DNA of 59,977 bases, from positions 1-59,977 of IMG/VR virus record IMGVR_UViG_3300027848_000024; one strand, written 5' to 3'. This document shows, one piece after another, positions 58,203 to 59,977 of the stretch. The position numbers and the translations under genes are program-made. Under the pieces are notes generated by a model. It made no database searches. It saw nothing but the letters and a program-made list of their open reading frames with translations, and was not told the origin of the DNA. The first letter of the stretch is position 1. Each line of letters starts with the position of its first letter. The DNA comes from a virus. Taxonomy: Duplodnaviria > Caudoviricetes.

Positions 58203-58930
58203 GCTACACCAAATATGACGCTGGAATCTTTCATGTAAGGCACGTACTCAAATCCCAAGTCGCCGGGGAAATCTATTTGCTGGTCTTCCGTTGTGTATCT
58301 ACGCAAGCGCGGGCGCTCCAAGTCGATTAGCCTGTTCTCTGCTGATACCATAATAGTGGAAGTCTCAGCCCCTTCATCAATCTCAGCAACGTCTGTCTTA
58401 CCATTAAACAGCAAATACGGGTCCCCCACCAAAGACCAGTCCGTTGTGGACAAGGTAGCGAAGTACACCTTGGCTTCCCGTCCCCACTGTATGTCGTCCA
58501 GCGCCATAAGGATCTTATCCGAAGGAATACCACTAAGCGTGAATTTAACCCCGTTAACTTCCAATCCGTCGGATTCTTCTACAGCGCTAATTCCCATAAG
58601 GTCGCTGACACCATCATAGACTGTGTACATAACGGTATTTAACATAGTAGATGCGTCAGTTGGCACGGCGTAGCCGTTGCCATCTGTTATTTCTATATCC
58701 TCAATTGTTTCCACACCAGAATCTCTTGTAATGACCGCCGTGTAGTTGCCGTTAGGAACATCGAGGGAAAGTCCCGGACCAGCAAACGTGTCATACGGTA
58801 CACGAAGATCCCCCAAGCCAGACCATAGTTGTACGTAACCACTTGCCGTCTCTACTACAGCAAGAAAAGCGGGACGCAACTCGTCCGCTTCTGTTTCTGC
58901 TTGTAAATCTACGTCTAAGTCTCTTGCCAT
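58199..58930 (-). CDS. minor tail protein
   Basis: LWSG.GDL, LSGIP, ENRLIDL.R, DQ...FPGD.GF.YV. Confidence 0.8.
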   Translation of the reverse strand: MARDLDVDLQAETEADELRPAFLAVVETASGYVQLWSGLGDLRVPYDTFAGPGLSLDVPNGNYTAVITRDSGVETIEDIEITDGNGYAVPTDASTMLNTVMYTVYDGVSDLMGISAVEESDGLEVNGVKFTLSGIPSDKILMALDDIQWGREAKVYFATLSTTDWSLVGDPYLLFNGKTDVAEIDEGAETSTIMVSAENRLIDLERPRLRRYTTEDQQIDFPGDLGFEYVPYMKDSSVIFGVA

Positions 58931-58934
58931 GTTT

Positions 58935-59555
58935 CTACACCACCGGGAGGCTAACGCAGCCAAAAGACATGTTGTAGTCAAAGGGCAAAGACATCTCTAC
59001 CCCCATCTCATTGGAAGATAATCTAAAGGTGCCCTTGGCGTTGGTAATGGTTAGGGCGGTATTGTCTGCGTAAGCTGTCCAAATGCTAGGCCATATATCC
59101 AAGGTAGCGTTGCCACTCCCATCCGCGGTTACATCTGACAGGTTCTTAAACAACCTGGAAGAAGTTCCAATGCCTAGTTGGAAGTAGTCCCCCGCTTTAA
59201 ACGTAGCCCCGGCAGACCAACCATCTGTGATAAGAGAGTTGCCTGTTTGGGAAGCCCCGTTAATAAGCGGAGTTCCCCCGGCGGTACCACGAGGAGTGCG
59301 CCCAAGCGGGTCACCAAGCAGAAAAGTGCCTTTTCGCCCGTTAAGCTTTAAAAAGAAGGTATGCCACGCTTCCGCCTCGGCCCTTTCCATAACGGGTAAG
59401 GTTGCTTCCACCTCCCAGCGTTGCCCTTGAAATTCTTGCACCTGGATTTCTTTTGTGAACGGGTTGTCGGTGTAACCTACAACAGACATGGCAGTAAGAC
59501 GAAAGCCAATGAGCGTTTCGTCGTCCGGCAACGCCAGTGGGTAGCTAATGCTCAT
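58935..59555 (-). CDS. distal tail protein
   Basis: ISYPL.LP, NPFT...QV, W..F..L.G..GTF..GDP, GDYFQ. Confidence 0.8.
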   Translation of the reverse strand: MSISYPLALPDDETLIGFRLTAMSVVGYTDNPFTKEIQVQEFQGQRWEVEATLPVMERAEAEAWHTFFLKLNGRKGTFLLGDPLGRTPRGTAGGTPLINGASQTGNSLITDGWSAGATFKAGDYFQLGIGTSSRLFKNLSDVTADGSGNATLDIWPSIWTAYADNTALTITNAKGTFRLSSNEMGVEMSLPFDYNMSFGCVSLPVV

Positions 59556-59977
59556 CGGAAGGCTCCTAGCTTGTTACGCTTCTTAGCGTTAATCATTCCT
59601 GCCTGCGTTGCTCGCGAGATCTGCGGGAGCATATTCATTACTTCTGCACGAACTGTCTGTTGTACACCCGTCTGAAGCTGAATGGTCTGGTAGACCACCG
59701 CGCCACCATTCCCCGCGCCGCCTGAATTAGCCTGACCCGGTGTCATTACCGACACAACCTCGCCCGGTGTGGCCCGCAAAGCTACCGTCTGACTGTCGGT
59801 GCCCCCTGAACCGCCAACGGTGTGACTACCACCATGGGCAAACAGGCCCGCGAATTGTGTCGCCATCAGGGCTGCGGGGGTGGAACCACCACCAGACCCA
59901 AAAATAGAACCGAGAGCGTCGGGTATAGCACCACCGCTACCGCCAAGGGCACTGGAAGGCGGGCCGGACTGTGTCGC
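59552..59977 (-). CDS. tape measure protein C-terminus, partial
   Basis: frame open to the window end; FAHGG...VGG.GG.DSQ.V...ATPGE. Confidence 0.8.
   Translation of the reverse strand, partial: ATQSGPPSSALGGSGGAIPDALGSIFGSGGGSTPAALMATQFAGLFAHGGSHTVGGSGGTDSQTVALRATPGEVVSVMTPGQANSGGAGNGGAVVYQTIQLQTGVQQTVRAEVMNMLPQISRATQAGMINAKKRNKLGAFR

Noticed and set aside
1-59977. Stop-codon reassignment to explain the in-frame stops
   Set aside because: TAA, TAG and TGA all terminate conserved genes at expected lengths, and there is no suppressor tRNA

Overview
About 60 kb of a large tailed dsDNA phage (siphovirus-type tail). The host is probably alphaproteobacterial, inferred from GcrA-like, LabA/NYN, DUF3489-like and BTLCP genes. 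Plus strand 1-47 kb: early and accessory cassettes (MoxR AAA ATPase, DUF3150-like protein, vWA-metallopeptidase, pentapeptide repeat protein, NYN, two tRNAs), a ~1 kb non-coding highly structured region (15.55-16.6 kb), and a replication/recombination module. That module has DnaB, SNF2, RNase H, primase, sigma-like factor, beta clamp, UDG-PolA, DnaX, SSB, RecA, resolvase and SbcCD, is interleaved with a 7-deazaguanine DNA-modification pathway (queE, queD, queC, intein-containing folE, dpdA-like), and ends with the large terminase. Minus strand 47-60 kb: lysis cassette and tail genes. Most notable unexplained signals: (1) a large nested ncRNA-like structure; (2) an RPxL motif recurring at the termini of many unrelated proteins; (3) two acid/basic block low-complexity proteins sharing an identical 35-bp block; (4) a covarying hairpin-ACTGC leader repeated ahead of early-gene RBSs. 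All family calls come from motif recognition by eye; no database searches were run.
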